A model generated the notes under the pieces. That model did not search any database, was not told the DNA's origin, and was given only the letters and a program-made list of their open reading frames with translations. From Octopus sinensis (taxonomy: Eukaryota): DNA of 48,209 bases. Positions 1 through 12,762 of the stretch are shown here, piece after piece; position 1 is the stretch's first letter; each line of letters starts with the position of its first letter. The stretch lies in NCBI RefSeq assembly GCF_006345805.1, contig NW_021834494.1:1-48209 (forward strand). Reading direction: 5' to 3'. The position numbers and the translations under genes are program-made.

Positions 1-735
1 ACTCTTGCTTTTGGAGAGTTTAAACGTAAATAATAGAATTTCGTAAAAGGAAGGACTTGTAAGGATGCCATTCATTTAAAATTCGAACATTTGGTTAATG
101 TATTCCTTTTTACTGCTGCTATTTAACAGATGCTGTTGAATAATAACATTCTTCACTCAACGGCTGTATATATTGAGTTTAACCCTCTTCTGAGATATAG
201 TTTCTAAATATCACTGTTTAAGTGGAAGCTTGCAGTTAATGTTGGGATCCTATAGGTTTTGATGTCTATTTCTTCTATAGACCAGTCACGCATGTTGCTA
301 TTGATAATGTTACTTCAAACACAAATTGTGGGATGGTCTTTTTGTAAGAGAAAAGCTGTGACTACTACGTCTTATTTTCGTTCCGTATAATATTCGTTAG
401 CTTACTATGTTCACAGCAGCATTGCATGTTATATTTTCATCAATATCTACGCATTTTTAAGACTAGTTGTGTGGAACAGGAGAGATAAAGAAGCTATTAA
501 AGCAAACGCCTGAGGATTGAGGAACACTCTTTTCCATGTTCGATTGATAAACATTTCATTTTACCAAAATCCATCCCTATATGAGTAAAAGATATTATGA
601 TTAAATTCAGTCGGTTGCTAACATAAGAACTATTTAGAAACAAAGATTTTTAGATTGTCTACAAAGAAATTATAAATCCATGACTAACTCTTGCTTTTGG
701 AGAGTTTAAACGTAAATAATAGAATTTCGTAAAAG
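1..735. repeat. 49-bp identical direct repeat (1-49 and 687-735)
   Basis: ACTCTTGCTTTTGGAGAGTTTAAACGTAAATAATAGAATTTCGTAAAAG occurs twice; sequences after the two copies differ; the first copy is cut by the window edge. Confidence 0.9.
60..330 (-). pseudogene. Possible very decayed LINE (RTE-like) RT N-terminal fragment
   Basis: Minus-strand frameshifted reading resembles 'W.K.VII...KKG..TKCSNF', like the IPV.KKG...C.NYR motif just before the RT domain. Weak. Confidence 0.2.
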
Positions 736-1431
736 AAATGGTGAGGGATTTAGATCCAAAATAAACAGAATCAAAATAAGCAGAACCAAAATAAACGGAA
801 TCGCCTTGGAAATATTCCCTTTAAAATATTCATAACATCCAAGAAAATCGCTCTACTCTTAGGCACAAGTGAGAGGATTATAGACCAGGTTTTTAGAAGC
901 CATGTCAGTCTATAAATCCGAAGGGCAAACAGTAACATGCACTGGGCTGTTTCTACTTGTAAACCTGCTAATTTTATCTAAGATACCCAAGAGCTGGTAA
1001 TGTCTTTAATAATTATTTATGTTATTGCTTTTAAAACCAACCACATTTTGTATCCTGATGTGCCGACATGACAGAATTCTTAAGTTTACAACAGGTACTC
1101 ATCTAATACCATATAAACTTCGGATTATCGCAAATTTCAATATGATTTCTTTATCACTGTATGCATTCATGTATCAATATGTTGATGTTTATGTTTACTC
1201 TGAGAACCAAATATTTCCTGAGTTATAAAAATGATTTACTTTACATGGATGCTTTACTTCAAATTAACAAGTTTCTTATTAATTCTCAAATTATTGCATA
1301 AGAATTACAATCTTTCAAGAATTATATATCAAGAATGACATTCTGCTTAATAATTGCTTGAAAAAGAACCCAGCTTAATTCATTTAATTCTTGAATTAGA
1401 GATCTGTCAGTTGCAGAACTAATATATAAAA

Positions 1432-1830
1432 TACTCGCACTATCGCCCGGCATTGCTCGGGTTTGTAAGGGAAATAACTATATAAGCATTTTTAGAGAGT
1501 TATAGCCAAAAAATAGCAAAAATAAAATGCATTAAAAATGGAAAAAAAATTATGGTAAATTTTTTTTTAAATCATTGACTCATCGTAGATATTTTTAGAG
1601 AGTTACTTCCCTTATATAATATTGTAAAAATGCTTTAAAATGGAAAACAATGATGGTAAATTATTTTTTAAATCGTAGACTCATCGTAGACACGCGCTAA
1701 TACCCAGAAGGGCTCGATATGAATCACGACTATAAGATACCCACTTTTGGTTACACTGCACCGCAAAATGTGGGAGTAGTTAGGAATCTAAATCGTAGGA
1801 GACAGACACACAACTTGACTTTTATATATA
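1432..1830 (+). mobile_element. Non-autonomous Helentron/DINE-1-like (HINE-type) element
   Basis: 5' end TACTCGCACTATCGCCCGGCATTGCTCGGG (subterminal CCCGG..CGGG hairpin), an internal duplicated block, and a 3' end ...GGAGTAGTTAGG...CAGACACACAACTTGACTTTTATATA in an AT context. Confidence 0.6.
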
Positions 1831-2169
1831 AATATATCATAAATATTGAGTATGTGTCTCTCATACAAAACTGCTATAAACTTGTTGATAAGCAATTCTG
1901 TTTCTTAAATGAAAGAAAACTTTTCGAGTAAAATACAATATAGACTATTACATTCAATTTATCTTCATTAAAGAAAATGCGGATTCGTTTTAAGCTGCGT
2001 TTCAGTATGAGAGTCAACGCAGAATATTCTGTTAGTGTTTGTGGCAATATACATATATATATATATGTGTGTGTGCGTGTGTATATATATATGTGTGTGT
2101 GTGTGCATAAATATACATATTTATTCATATGTATGTACATACATACATTCATGCATATGTGTGTGTGCG

Positions 2170-2281
2170 TATGAGGGTGGGCTGAAAAGTTCCTAGTATT
2201 TAAGGGTGTCGCGAAACGTCTGGCTGGAGGTCTAACCTTTCGAGTTATTGTACAGGGCTTAGAGAAACTAAAGGACCGCTG
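2170..2281. mobile_element. Mariner-derived MITE end (truncated)
   Basis: Begins TA-TGAGGGTGGGCTGAAAAGTTCC (mariner-type TIR); its reverse complement aligns with 35940-36060. Confidence 0.65.
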
Positions 2282-2284
2282 CAT

Positions 2285-2411
2285 TAATTTATCGACCCCG
2301 AAAGGATGAAAGGCAAAGTCGACCTCGGCGGAATTTGAACTCAGAACGTAAAGACAGACGAAATAACGCTAAGCATTTCGCCCGACAGGACAACATTTCT
2401 GCCAGCTCGCC
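2285..2411 (-). mobile_element. tRNA-derived SINE family A, 5' part
   Basis: Reverse complement of GGCGAGCTGGCAGAAA...GTTCTGAGTTCAAATTCCGCCGAGGTCGACTTTGCCTTTCATCCTTTCGGGGTCGAT; A/B-box-like head; many copies in the window. Confidence 0.85.
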
Positions 2412-2429
2412 ATAATATTTCAATCTTTA

Positions 2430-3960
2430 AAGGAAGAGATTGCAGCATTAGTGGAAACGATAAAGAACATCCTGCCACTCCAGCTTCCTAGGGGAAAACT
2501 TTACCAGAATACTGTTCGACCATCTCCTAGATTGGAGAAAATTTTGCTGGAATCTCTGCAAGTATCTTGAGGCTCTGGAGGAGTGAAGAACGAGATATTA
2601 TATATAATGTAATTACAGGAATAAATACAGAAAACAGAAACCTCTCTATTTGGTGTGCTATGACCTCGAAGAAACTTTCGACACCATACTACACCATAAT
2701 ATGCGCAACTATGTGGATGGATCTGAAGCCATTCGGTTGCCCTGATCGTTTATGGTACTCATCTAAGCACACCGTGATGGCCTGACAGGACGGATGATAC
2801 ATCTAAATGACAGGTTACAATAATTTCTGATCACTAACAGTTTAAACCAAGGGCGTGTAGTCGCCCCAGCCTTGTTCTATTTGTATATTGCAGCTATGCG
2901 ATACGAAATACTGCCTAACAACCTAGATATAGAGATCAAGTTCTGCTTCGTTGGTGGACTCTACAATTTATCAAGATTTCGGTTAGAAGAACTGGCCAAG
3001 AACTCGTCTCGCTGAACTGCCGTAAACGCCAACAAGCATTCGCCAGCTCATTGAACCTAAGGACTGTAGGACTCATTCAATAACTTATAAAATGTGTACA
3101 ATCAAATGTGTACGATCGCTGCGGCCTGAAAATCAGGAGACAGATAACCAAAATACTTGCACAACCTCCTCCAAACTCAATCCATCTTGATTTCAACACC
3201 ACCATCTCCAATATAACACCGAAAAAAGTAGACGGAAATATCCTTAACTCACAATGAAACTCCGAGAAATGCGTCGAGAATGGAACGTAAGCACGACCAG
3301 GGCTGTCCACATTGCTTTTAGAATACCCACCATATCTTCAGAAACAAGAGCTTAAAGCTACAAACCAGGTGCAGTGTGTATCCACCTTATTCTATGATTG
3401 TAAGATTTCTACTCTGCACGGTCGGGGTGTCAGAAAACTGGTGCGGTTTCATCTACAGAAACTTTGATCAGCTATGAAAATGAAACACGCGGACTATGTA
3501 CATACCTTTGCAGTACTTGAATAGGCCAAAGCCAACAATATTGATGTCGTGATCAAACATCACCTGAAGTTACATCTACCACACGAGTAGCACTAGACTA
3601 CCGTGCCAAAGCCACTACAGTGAACTCAGTACCGGTAAAGAATTATACTCTGCCATACCCAGCGCCACAAATATCACTGAAACTGACGACAAAGAACACC
3701 AAAATCCATCCTACGTCTTGAGAGTAACATGCAGAAGACAGAATCATGCGGCATTACATCCAGAAGATTAGCGTAGAACAGTTTGGAGGACATCGTCGAA
3801 GAGAGGAAGAGGATAAACAACTATGACGAAAGATATGCCAACTCAAACCAAGACGAACACTGACTGTCAGATGTGACGTCTATGAACGAGCGTGCCATGC
3901 AAAACTGGACTTTGACAGCCATCACGGACACCGATATCTATGAGAAATTACAAACGAAGA
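2430..3960 (+). mobile_element. RTE (BovB-like) LINE, 3' half, pseudogenised reverse transcriptase
   Basis: Frameshifted motifs in order: TRILFDHL, LEKILLES, LYLVCYDLEETFDT, MWMDLKPFGCPDRL, NSLNQGRVVAPALF, YDRCGLKI, KILAQPPP, and C-terminal RCDVYERACHAK..SH zinc-finger remnant. Confidence 0.85.
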
Positions 3961-4055
3961 AGAAAGAATTATTCGGAAACGAGGAGGAGCCGACGATGAC
4001 GTCGACAATATTCATAAATATATATATACATATGTGCGTTCGTTAGAAGGTACAA

Positions 4056-4056
<1 letters not shown>

Positions 4057-4097
<41 letters not shown>

Positions 4098-4262
4098 TAC
4101 ACACATATAATATATAATATATTATATATATACATACATACATACATATAATACATACATACATACACACACGACAGACAGACACATGCATATAAATATA
4201 CCTTCACTGATACACGTACATACATACATTCATACATATAAATAAATATATGCATGTATGTA
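4057..4262. repeat. Compound (CA)n/(TA)n/(TACA)n microsatellite
   Basis: Read directly from the sequence. Confidence 0.95.
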
Positions 4263-5338
4263 TGTATTTTGCCAATGGAAAGTGCTTATTTCTCTAGAAT
4301 AAAAATTATATCTCTTCGTTTGCCACCAGAGACGTATGACATATTTAGAAATTACTGGATATTTTTTTCCGTTTCTTTACATCTTTTTGTAATTCCTATA
4401 TCTTTTTCTGGAAGTTTTTTTCCGAATCGTTCCTTTGCTCTCCAAGGGATGAAGGAGACATGGTGCATAATATTGGCATTACATTTCTTAGCCATAACTT
4501 TAAAGCAATTCCCAAATCGGTACTCATGAAATATTATCAAAAACAAAACTTCTATATGTCTTAAACAAATAATTATTGATCCTGCTACTAATATCTAGCT
4601 TTGTGTTTCTTTTTTTTTTTCTGGTTTCCTGTTTTACTTCGCGTTACAGGTCACTAAACAAATCTATATATTTGCCCCATTCTCTATGTTGTGCAGTTTT
4701 TATTTTGGACGCCTCAGTCACATCAGATTATCAAATGCAACTACTTTTGTTGTTGCTTATGTTAAATATACTGTACTGTTATTTTTTATTCTTATATCCC
4801 CAATGGTCATAGTTTCTTTTCTATAACACTTTCATTCGAAAGAATAACATTTCGAATACACACACCCACAGAATTGTACATATATATGCGTGTGTGTGTG
4901 CGTGTTTTTGCAATATATATGTATGTATTTAGGAACTTATATATATACATAATATATGTATATATAAGTGCGTATGTGTATCTAAATATATATTGCAAAG
5001 TACTCCACAAATACACATATTTGTATACTTTATGTGTGTTTGTTTGTGCGGGTGTGTGAGAGTGTGTTCATGATGCATATGTGTGTGTGTATGTATGTAT
5101 GTATATATACATACATACATATATATATATATACACACACTCACACATATATATATATATAAACACATACAAATACGCACGCACCGTGTATATTTAACGT
5201 GGTTCTTATGGGCTGTTTTATTTTTTCCATATTTGTCAAGTAGACTAATTGTCGCAGCTATTGAATATTCTAACTTATTGTTAACTATTTATAGAGTACC
5301 TTGAAATCATATATCTTGGATGTATGATTCCATGGTGC

Positions 5339-5342
<4 letters not shown>

Positions 5343-5408
<66 letters not shown>

Positions 5409-5625
5409 GTGTGTTGGCCGAAACTGCAAAGACGATTCTGCTTCTTGACTGATGATTGAAAGTTCTGAATGACCCGTCCATGTTTTTTCCTGTCCTTTTT
5501 TGCATCGTCTAACTGTTCGAATGTTTTTGTGGTCGCCTGTTACGTTCTTTTCCCATTTTTGTTTTGATTGTATATATATATTATATATATATATATATAT
5601 TATATATATTACTATATTATTTATA
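5343..5625. repeat. (TA)n(TG)n - ~155-bp spacer - (TA)n; probable microsatellite-flanked small interspersed element
   Basis: Spacer 5411-5568 is bounded by (TG)n and (TA)n, the same architecture as other mini-elements here. Confidence 0.55.
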
Positions 5626-6224
5626 TATGTATATACACTTTCACTCTTTTGTCTCAATTCCGATTTCTCTACAAGCCAAATTCTTGATGCTGTTGAATTT
5701 TGATCTACTACTGTCTTTCACTATACGGTCGTTTTCATCGGATGAAATGTGAACTCATAACAATTTCGTGGAAGCTATATGTATATAACTATATAACAGA
5801 ACATTTATATATATATATTCACATATACGTATATATATATATATTGCATACACACACACCACCACCACCACCCCACTCACACATATACATATATTCTTAT
5901 GTATCAGTGATGACTATAGATAGGGTACCCGTTGTGAATAATACAACTATTTCCAAGAATAACAGAGAGGAAGCTTAAAATTACTTCCCAGTCTCCAGTT
6001 GCATTATTAACGCCACTAAATGTAAATTCATTGTCCATAGCCGCGCAGTTTGCAAACTGAATTCAAAATTTCCAAAGATAAGCTCCTGGATATATCCGTA
6101 CGTAGATTAAAAGATATTTTAGGCCGCACATATTTCTATAACTGCGAAATCTCCATAGAAATAAAGAATTATCTGAAAGTGAAGAACTGTGGGGAAATAT
6201 GTTCCGTTTAGTGCAGCTCTGTAT

Positions 6225-6470
6225 TAGCATCAGCATCGTCGTCGTCAACATCATCATGATCATCAACAGCAGCAGCATTATCATCATCATCATCATAATT
6301 TTCATCGGCAGCGGCGTGCCCGGTGTCGTTGTCGCCATCATCGTCATCGTCATCAACATCATCGTCTCTGTCATCACCATCATCATTGTCATCGTCAGTG
6401 GCAATAGCAACGGCAGTCATATTAGTTGTAGTAGTGGTCGTAGTAGTGGTAATAGTAACAGCAGAAATAC
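6225..6470. repeat. Degenerate (CAT)n/(CGT)n/(TAG)n trinucleotide repeats
   Basis: Explains the poly-I/M/D/S ORFs at 6063-6598. Confidence 0.9.
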
Positions 6471-6505
6471 TGATAGTACATTCAACACTGTTGTATATGA
6501 CTACA

Positions 6506-6864
6506 GGAGGCGCAATGGCCCAGTGGTTAGGGCAGCAGACTGCCGGTCGTAGGATCGTGGTTCCGATTCCCAGACCGAGCGTTGTGAGTGTTTATTGAGC
6601 AAAGACACCTAAAGCTCCACGAGTCTCCGGCAAGGGGTGGTGGAAAACCCTGCCTCACTCACTTTTTCTTCCTGTTTCTGTTGTACCTGTATTTCAAAGG
6701 GCCGGCCGTGTCACACTCTGTGTCACACTGAATCTCCTCGAGAACTACGTTAAGGGTACACTTGTCTGTGGAGTGCTCAGCCACTTGCACGTTAATTTCA
6801 CGAGCAAGCTGTTCAATTGATCGGATCATCTGGGACCCTCGTCGTCGTAACCGATGCGGTGCCA
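6506..6864 (+). mobile_element. tRNA-derived SINE family B, full length
   Basis: A box TGGCCCAGTGG (6516-6526), B-box-like GGTTCCGATTCC (6559-6570); 3' domain CACGTTAATTTCACGAGCA...CCCTCGTCGTCGTAACCGA shared with 11205-11510. Confidence 0.85.
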
Positions 6865-7015
6865 CAATATGACCACAACAAATCTTATGAAACTTACTCT
6901 TGAAGGACATTCTGTTATACATACTTGATTTTTTTTTCGTAGATATTAACTATTTCTCACCGTTCTTTATTTGTGCATAATAATATAAATACAACAATAT
7001 ATATAAATATATAAA

Positions 7016-7200
7016 GTTAATCCAAACATGAAAACACAAAGAGAAAACACAACAACGCGAGGACGTGGAACAAGTATAGTGTTACTGGACGCTCGAGAAA
7101 GGAAAGAAAGGAGGATATAACGTTTCGAGCGGAGCTCTTCGTCAGAAAAATAGGAAAAAGGAAAGATCAAGGAAGGGAAGACGGAGGAAAAATCACTTGT
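7016..7200 (-). mobile_element. Microsatellite-flanked mini-element (PLE pseudo-LTR-like) carrying a minimal hammerhead
   Basis: TA-rich flanks; partial sister copy at 26761-26818; HHR core at 7116-7150. Confidence 0.6.
7116..7150 (-). ncRNA. Minimal type I hammerhead ribozyme motif
   Basis: Minus strand: CUGACGA-A-GAGC(UCC)GCUC-GAAA-CG-UU; palindromic ACGU stem III (dimer only); stem I poor. Confidence 0.5.
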
Positions 7201-7219
7201 ATATATAAATATACCATAC

Positions 7220-7388
7220 ATGTATACATACATACGTACGTACATACTTGCATGCATATATACATACATACATGCATACATACATACATACATACATACA
7301 TACATACATACATACATACATACATACATACATACATACATGCATACATACTTACGTACGTACATACATACATACATACATACATACA

Positions 7389-7422
<34 letters not shown>

Positions 7423-7435
7423 CATACATACATAA
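7220..7435. repeat. (TACA)n tetranucleotide array
   Basis: Read directly; source of the MYVC/HTYI ORFs. Confidence 0.95.
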
Positions 7436-8139
7436 AAACATGCATACATGTGTGTTTGTGTTGTATAGTTTATACATAAAAGAGACGACTATGCTGGATT
7501 TTATTTTTAAGGAATTATGGATATTCCCCCATTAGTCTTTTATATGAAGTTTCGAACAACAGCGTTTCTAAATTATTTAATCTATTAACGCCTCACATTC
7601 TTATCAGCGTCATCGTCAGGAGGAAATGGCAGTAAATGATGGTGTGCTTTTCATACGCCTTTTAGCAGGTCTCAATGGATACACTTTATACACGTACATT
7701 ATACCAAAAGATCCAAATGAATCCCTGTGAAACCGTTAAACACGATAATTTTTTCTCACGAAAATGTGAGGTTAGTGTGGGTGGACTATGATACATAAAT
7801 ATGATTGTTTCCGTACTGAAGAGTGTTTTTTCTGCGATCTGCTGTGGTGCTGTGGTTCCTTGTTTTGATGATAAAAAATACCGTGTGTTAGTAAATGGCT
7901 CGTTTGACATGGAGTATTTTTGGATGCACTTGGTTAAATAGGAATAGACCGCTCTGCTCACTTACCTCATTTGAATCAAATTCGCCCATGCTCAGGGCGA
8001 AAGGAAGCGCGATTTTTTTAAAGGGCCTTCTAGAGTGCATACTGGCGTTAGAGTTATCAATGGTGATTTCTGAGAGATAACTATTGAATAAATCGCCTCT
8101 TATAATGGGTCACTGTTGTTTGAGGTATAAAAGATAAAA

Positions 8140-8530
8140 AGGGTAAAGACCGCCTTCGGTTATGAATGACCATGGGATTGCACCAAGAAATTTCCCTTTC
8201 GAAGCACAAGTCCGATCAAGATTGTTTATGGAAGACCAGAAGTCGCCCATGCATACCAGCTTCCCCTCTCCACGCCACCGGTGTAATTCAAAGGAAAGGC
8301 AAAGGCCGATACAGCCTAGCACCAGTGAAGGGGAAGGTTGTTTATGGAAGACAAGCAGTCGCCAATGCATACCAGCCTCCCCTCTCCACGCCACCGATGT
8401 TAGTCAAAGGAAAGGTAAAGCCTGATACAGTTTGGCCCCAGTGAAGTCGCAATTTATTTCTATAGATGAGTGAACGGGAGCAGCGTGAAGTAAAGTGCCT
8501 TGCTCATGAACGCGACACACAGCCCGGTCC
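8140..8530 (-). mobile_element. CORE-like SINE family C with internal 116-bp tandem duplication
   Basis: Minus strand GTTCATGAGCAAGGCACTTTACTTCACGCTGCTCC (CORE-like); TTGTTTATGGAAGAC...CCAGTGAA block repeated at 8222 and 8338. Confidence 0.7.
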
Positions 8531-8605
8531 ATTGTGTAACATAAGAGCTGTTCTTGACGTTACGAAAGATTCTGTTCAGGATGTGTTGTACACACTGCAC
8601 ACACT

Positions 8606-9137
<532 letters not shown>

Positions 9138-9269
9138 ATCTTACTTAACGTGGATATACTTCAGAAAGCCATAAAATTGCAATATTCGTCTTGTGAAAGT
9201 ATCTCGTTTAGCCGTATAATGCAAAAAGCACAGAAGTGCAACAGTTGCAGATGAATAACATCTGGCAGG

Positions 9270-9830
9270 GGTTTCAAAATTGTCAAAGCTGGATTTCTGT
9301 TTCTTGCGAGTCATTAGTGGCAAGTATCCACTATTAACTGCATGGTTAGGCAAATTTCACTTCCTCTGATGTAGAAAACGCTAATTAACCAGCCAGTAGT
9401 ATCGCAAATAGAAAGAAGGTTAGATAAAAATTCGTCTTTAATGAAGGAAGTAATATAGTTTTAGAATAGCATCCTATATATCCTACTGGCGTGAATATAG
9501 TGTAAAGGAGCCACATCACTGCGGTATTCGCCCTGACAAATATCTTGTATAGATGTACAGCTCCAAAAAGTAGCCACTGGTTGTGGGAGACAGTGAACTT
9601 GCTAAATCCGGATTTCTGCATCCTTGCGTGTCATCAGTAGTAAGTATCCCTATCAACCCTATGCGTAGACAAATTTGACTTAAAAAACCAGTGATTTGTT
9701 GATCACTGTTTTTCTGTATCAGTAGAAGTGAAATTTATCTAAACATCCAGCTGATAGTGAATCCTTGCTGCCGATTGGGCACAACGGTACAGAAATCCGG
9801 AATTAGCAATTTATTGGACACTTTTCGTCT
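9270..9830. repeat. Three related ~100-130-bp units (two minus, one plus) each with an HHR-like core
   Basis: 9270-9400 is inverted relative to 9700-9830; 9595-9690 is a direct copy of part of the first unit. Confidence 0.7.
9597..9645 (-). ncRNA. Type I hammerhead ribozyme motif
   Basis: ACUUACUA-CUGAUGA-CAC GCA(AGGA)UGC A-GAAA-UCCGGA-UU-UAGCAAGU: stem I 7 of 8 bp; palindromic AUCCGGAU stem III; imperfect base of stem II. Confidence 0.6.
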
Positions 9831-10499
9831 TTTAATAATATGTTTCTGTGCACTCCAGCATTGCATGCCAATACCCGATACTTTCCCAAGACGAATACGT
9901 TGAGTAAGACATACTGAATGTTTTTCTCAGTAAATACTACTGATGTTGCTAATAACGCGTGTGTGTGTGTGTGTATGCATGCATGTATACATGCATGTAT
10001 GCATGCATGTATACATGCATGTATGCATGCATGTATGTATATGTATGTATACAGTGAGAGAGTGAAAGAAAAAGAGAGAATATACTATGTTGCGATAGAC
10101 ATTGCTATGACGTAATACACAGAAGCATGAGCAAAATCGAAGTTATTGGCGCAATACCTTCTTAATAAACTTTCTTTTCTAATAACTTCCGTTTCTTTTC
10201 AGCCAGAGATGCAGGTTTTTTTATGTGCTTAAAGAAAGAAATCCCATTATTATGCCGTAATTACACAAAACGGTTCATAGCATTTCCTTATTATACTATA
10301 TTAAACACAGCCAAGCTAGTGTTGAGGTTTCTCGTCTTTCAAACACACACAAACATATAATTTCAAATACGTATATACTTTATTAAAGTTTGTTTTACGT
10401 CGAGTTATAACGAAAACAATTTGAAAACTGAAAGATGATTCAATATGTTTTGTAGACTACAAATTTAACTTTCTTTAAAAAACAATAATGGAGTGCAGG

Positions 10500-11050
10500 T
10501 TTGCTCTGAATAAAGGCACTACCTTTTAGTGTCTGGCAGCTGCATCTTGCCAGGTATTATCTGGTGGACTGGCATCACCGGTCATCATTCAACTCCTAAT
10601 CTCTCACTTATGGCTCCCAGTCGCAGATCCTGGAACCCGATTTCAGCTAGTGGGCCGAACCAAGTGAGTGTGTGGTGTTAACATTGTACCAGAAGTTGAA
10701 GGATTCTGGGTAACACTTCCTAATGAGTCACCAGCTAGGATGAAGGACCCTGCTCAGGTCAACAGCCTAGTGTTCGGTGCCAAAGAATGTCTCACGATTG
10801 TGGATAAGAGCTTGGAAAGGAATGAACACCACCAAACTAACACGCCCATAATGCGCTCATAATGATGACAACCAGATCAAAGCCCATACGGGATCGGTTG
10901 TCACTCGGGTTAACATCAAAGTGTGAAGGACTTCATTTCGCCGACCAACAATGGGCAGCAGAAGACCAAGAGAAGTGTCGAAATCTGGATGTACCATCGT
11001 CAACGTCTGCCTCAAACGACTACATAATAAAGGGATAGGAAGGAAATAAC
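10500..11050 (+). other. Higher-GC block, possibly a LINE 5' UTR/ORF start
   Basis: Composition differs from flanks; no diagnostic protein motif confirmed. Confidence 0.2.
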
Positions 11051-11204
11051 AAACGAACGAATGAAGGTACAAGAATAATGTTGATATAGACTTCAATGTT
11101 TCGGTCTGCTTAGCCTATCAACACTATATGTTATAGCTTTCCAAATTTGTAACCCTGTATATGTGCTACACAGCAGTTTTGTCCGCAGTACAGACGTAAC
11201 TGAT

Positions 11205-11510
11205 ACTCCGCCGGTTACGATGATGTGGGTTCCAGTTCATCCGATCAACAGAACCGCCTGCTCGTGTAATTAACGTGAAAACGGCTGAACACACCAGTCA
11301 CACCTACCCTTAGCAAAGTTCTCAGGGAGATTCAGCGTGAGACAGTGTGTGACAGCGCTCACCTTTTCAAATAAAGGTACAAATTGCTTTTGGAATGGAG
11401 CAACGTAAAATAAAATGTCTTGCTCAAGGATACAACGCGGCGCCAGGAATCGAACCCACGACTTTACGATTGTGAGCCGATTACTCAAACCACTAAGTCA
11501 CGCACGCACC
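11205..11510 (-). mobile_element. tRNA-derived SINE related to family B
   Basis: Minus strand: GTGACTTAGTGG (A box) ... GGGTTCGATTCC (B box), CORE-like CCTTGAGCAAGACA, and the same 3' domain as 6506-6864. Confidence 0.85.
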
Positions 11511-11729
11511 GTCACTATGGACAGATATGTCTAAGACTATGTATAGCAACATGTTTGGTTCTGTATTTCAACAGAGTTGAACACAAACCAAATACGTTAT
11601 GGACTCAAACGCCATGAGAATCAACTTTGTCCTCCGTCATTCCGTGACCGATGAAGAGAAAAATTTTCAAATACTTTCATTGTTTGGATAATCTATTATT
11701 ATACCATCACGACCACCCCAGAAAATAAA

Positions 11730-11910
11730 GCGGCGAACTGGCAGATATGTTAGCACGCCGGGCGAAATCCTTAGCAGTATTTCGTCTGCCGCTTCGTTCT
11801 GAATTCAAATTCCGCCGATATTAACTTCATCTTTCATACTTGGAGCGATGTAATCGACTAGTCTCCTCCCACAAAATTTCAGACCTTGCACCTTTAGTAG
11901 AAAAGATTAT
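11730..11910 (+). mobile_element. SINE family A copy with internal deletion
   Basis: GCGGCGAACTGGCAGATATGTTAGCACGCCGGGCGAAAT...TTCAAATTCCGCC. Confidence 0.8.
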
Positions 11911-12168
11911 TATGTCGAAAAATAGCTAAACTTGTATCTGTTTTGAAAATTAATAATGGCATGGCATGGCATTAAATGGAGATGCACTGTTATATGAGTA
12001 TTTAGTAAGGAATGCATAATTTTTTTTGGTTGTTTTCTTTTCTTTTTTCATTCGTAAAATATGGATTATCACTTCCAAAAATATAATCCTATGATTTCTT
12101 AATTTTCAAAATGTGTTCTTATATTTATTGATTTACATTTCGCCATTGGGTGCTTATACACATATAAG

Positions 12169-12316
12169 TATGTATGTATGTATGTATGTATGTATGTATG
12201 TATGTATGTATGTATGTATGTATGTATGTATGTATGTATGTATGTATGCATGCATCTATGTATGTATGTATGTATGTATGTATATATGTATGTATGTATG
12301 TATGTGTGTGTGTATT
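12169..12316. repeat. (TATG)n array
   Basis: Read directly. Confidence 0.95.
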
Positions 12317-12648
12317 TAGGAAGGTCGGTTTCTAGGTAAGTAGGTAGGTACGTACGTATGAACGTATCTATGTATCTATCTATCTACCTATACACACATA
12401 TATACATATTTACGTACATATATTTGTACACATACACACGCACATTTATATGAGTGTGTATGCGTGTGTGTTTGCTTCTAGGTATGTAAGTGTGTATATG
12501 TATTTATACATGTACATACTATGCATGTGTACCTGGATATATTGATAGAGAGAGACTTCCAATATAAAATTATTTTATCACAAAAATTCAGTTTCCATAT
12601 ATGTGGAGATTTATAGGTGTATACTCATGTATTTTATGTATGCAGCAT

Positions 12649-12762
<114 letters not shown>

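Noticed and set aside
5420-5470. GAAAC followed by CTGATGA-TT-GAAAG as a hammerhead
   Set aside because: No stem II between the boxes and no valid stem III or stem I.
6050-6210. Open plus-strand frame LQTEFKISKDKLLDISVRRLKDILGR
   Set aside because: No good donor and no recognisable family.
10605-10675. HDV-like ribozyme in a putative LINE 5' UTR
   Set aside because: CTCACTT/AAGTGAG and a CGAA are present, but I could not build P1, P3 or P1.1.
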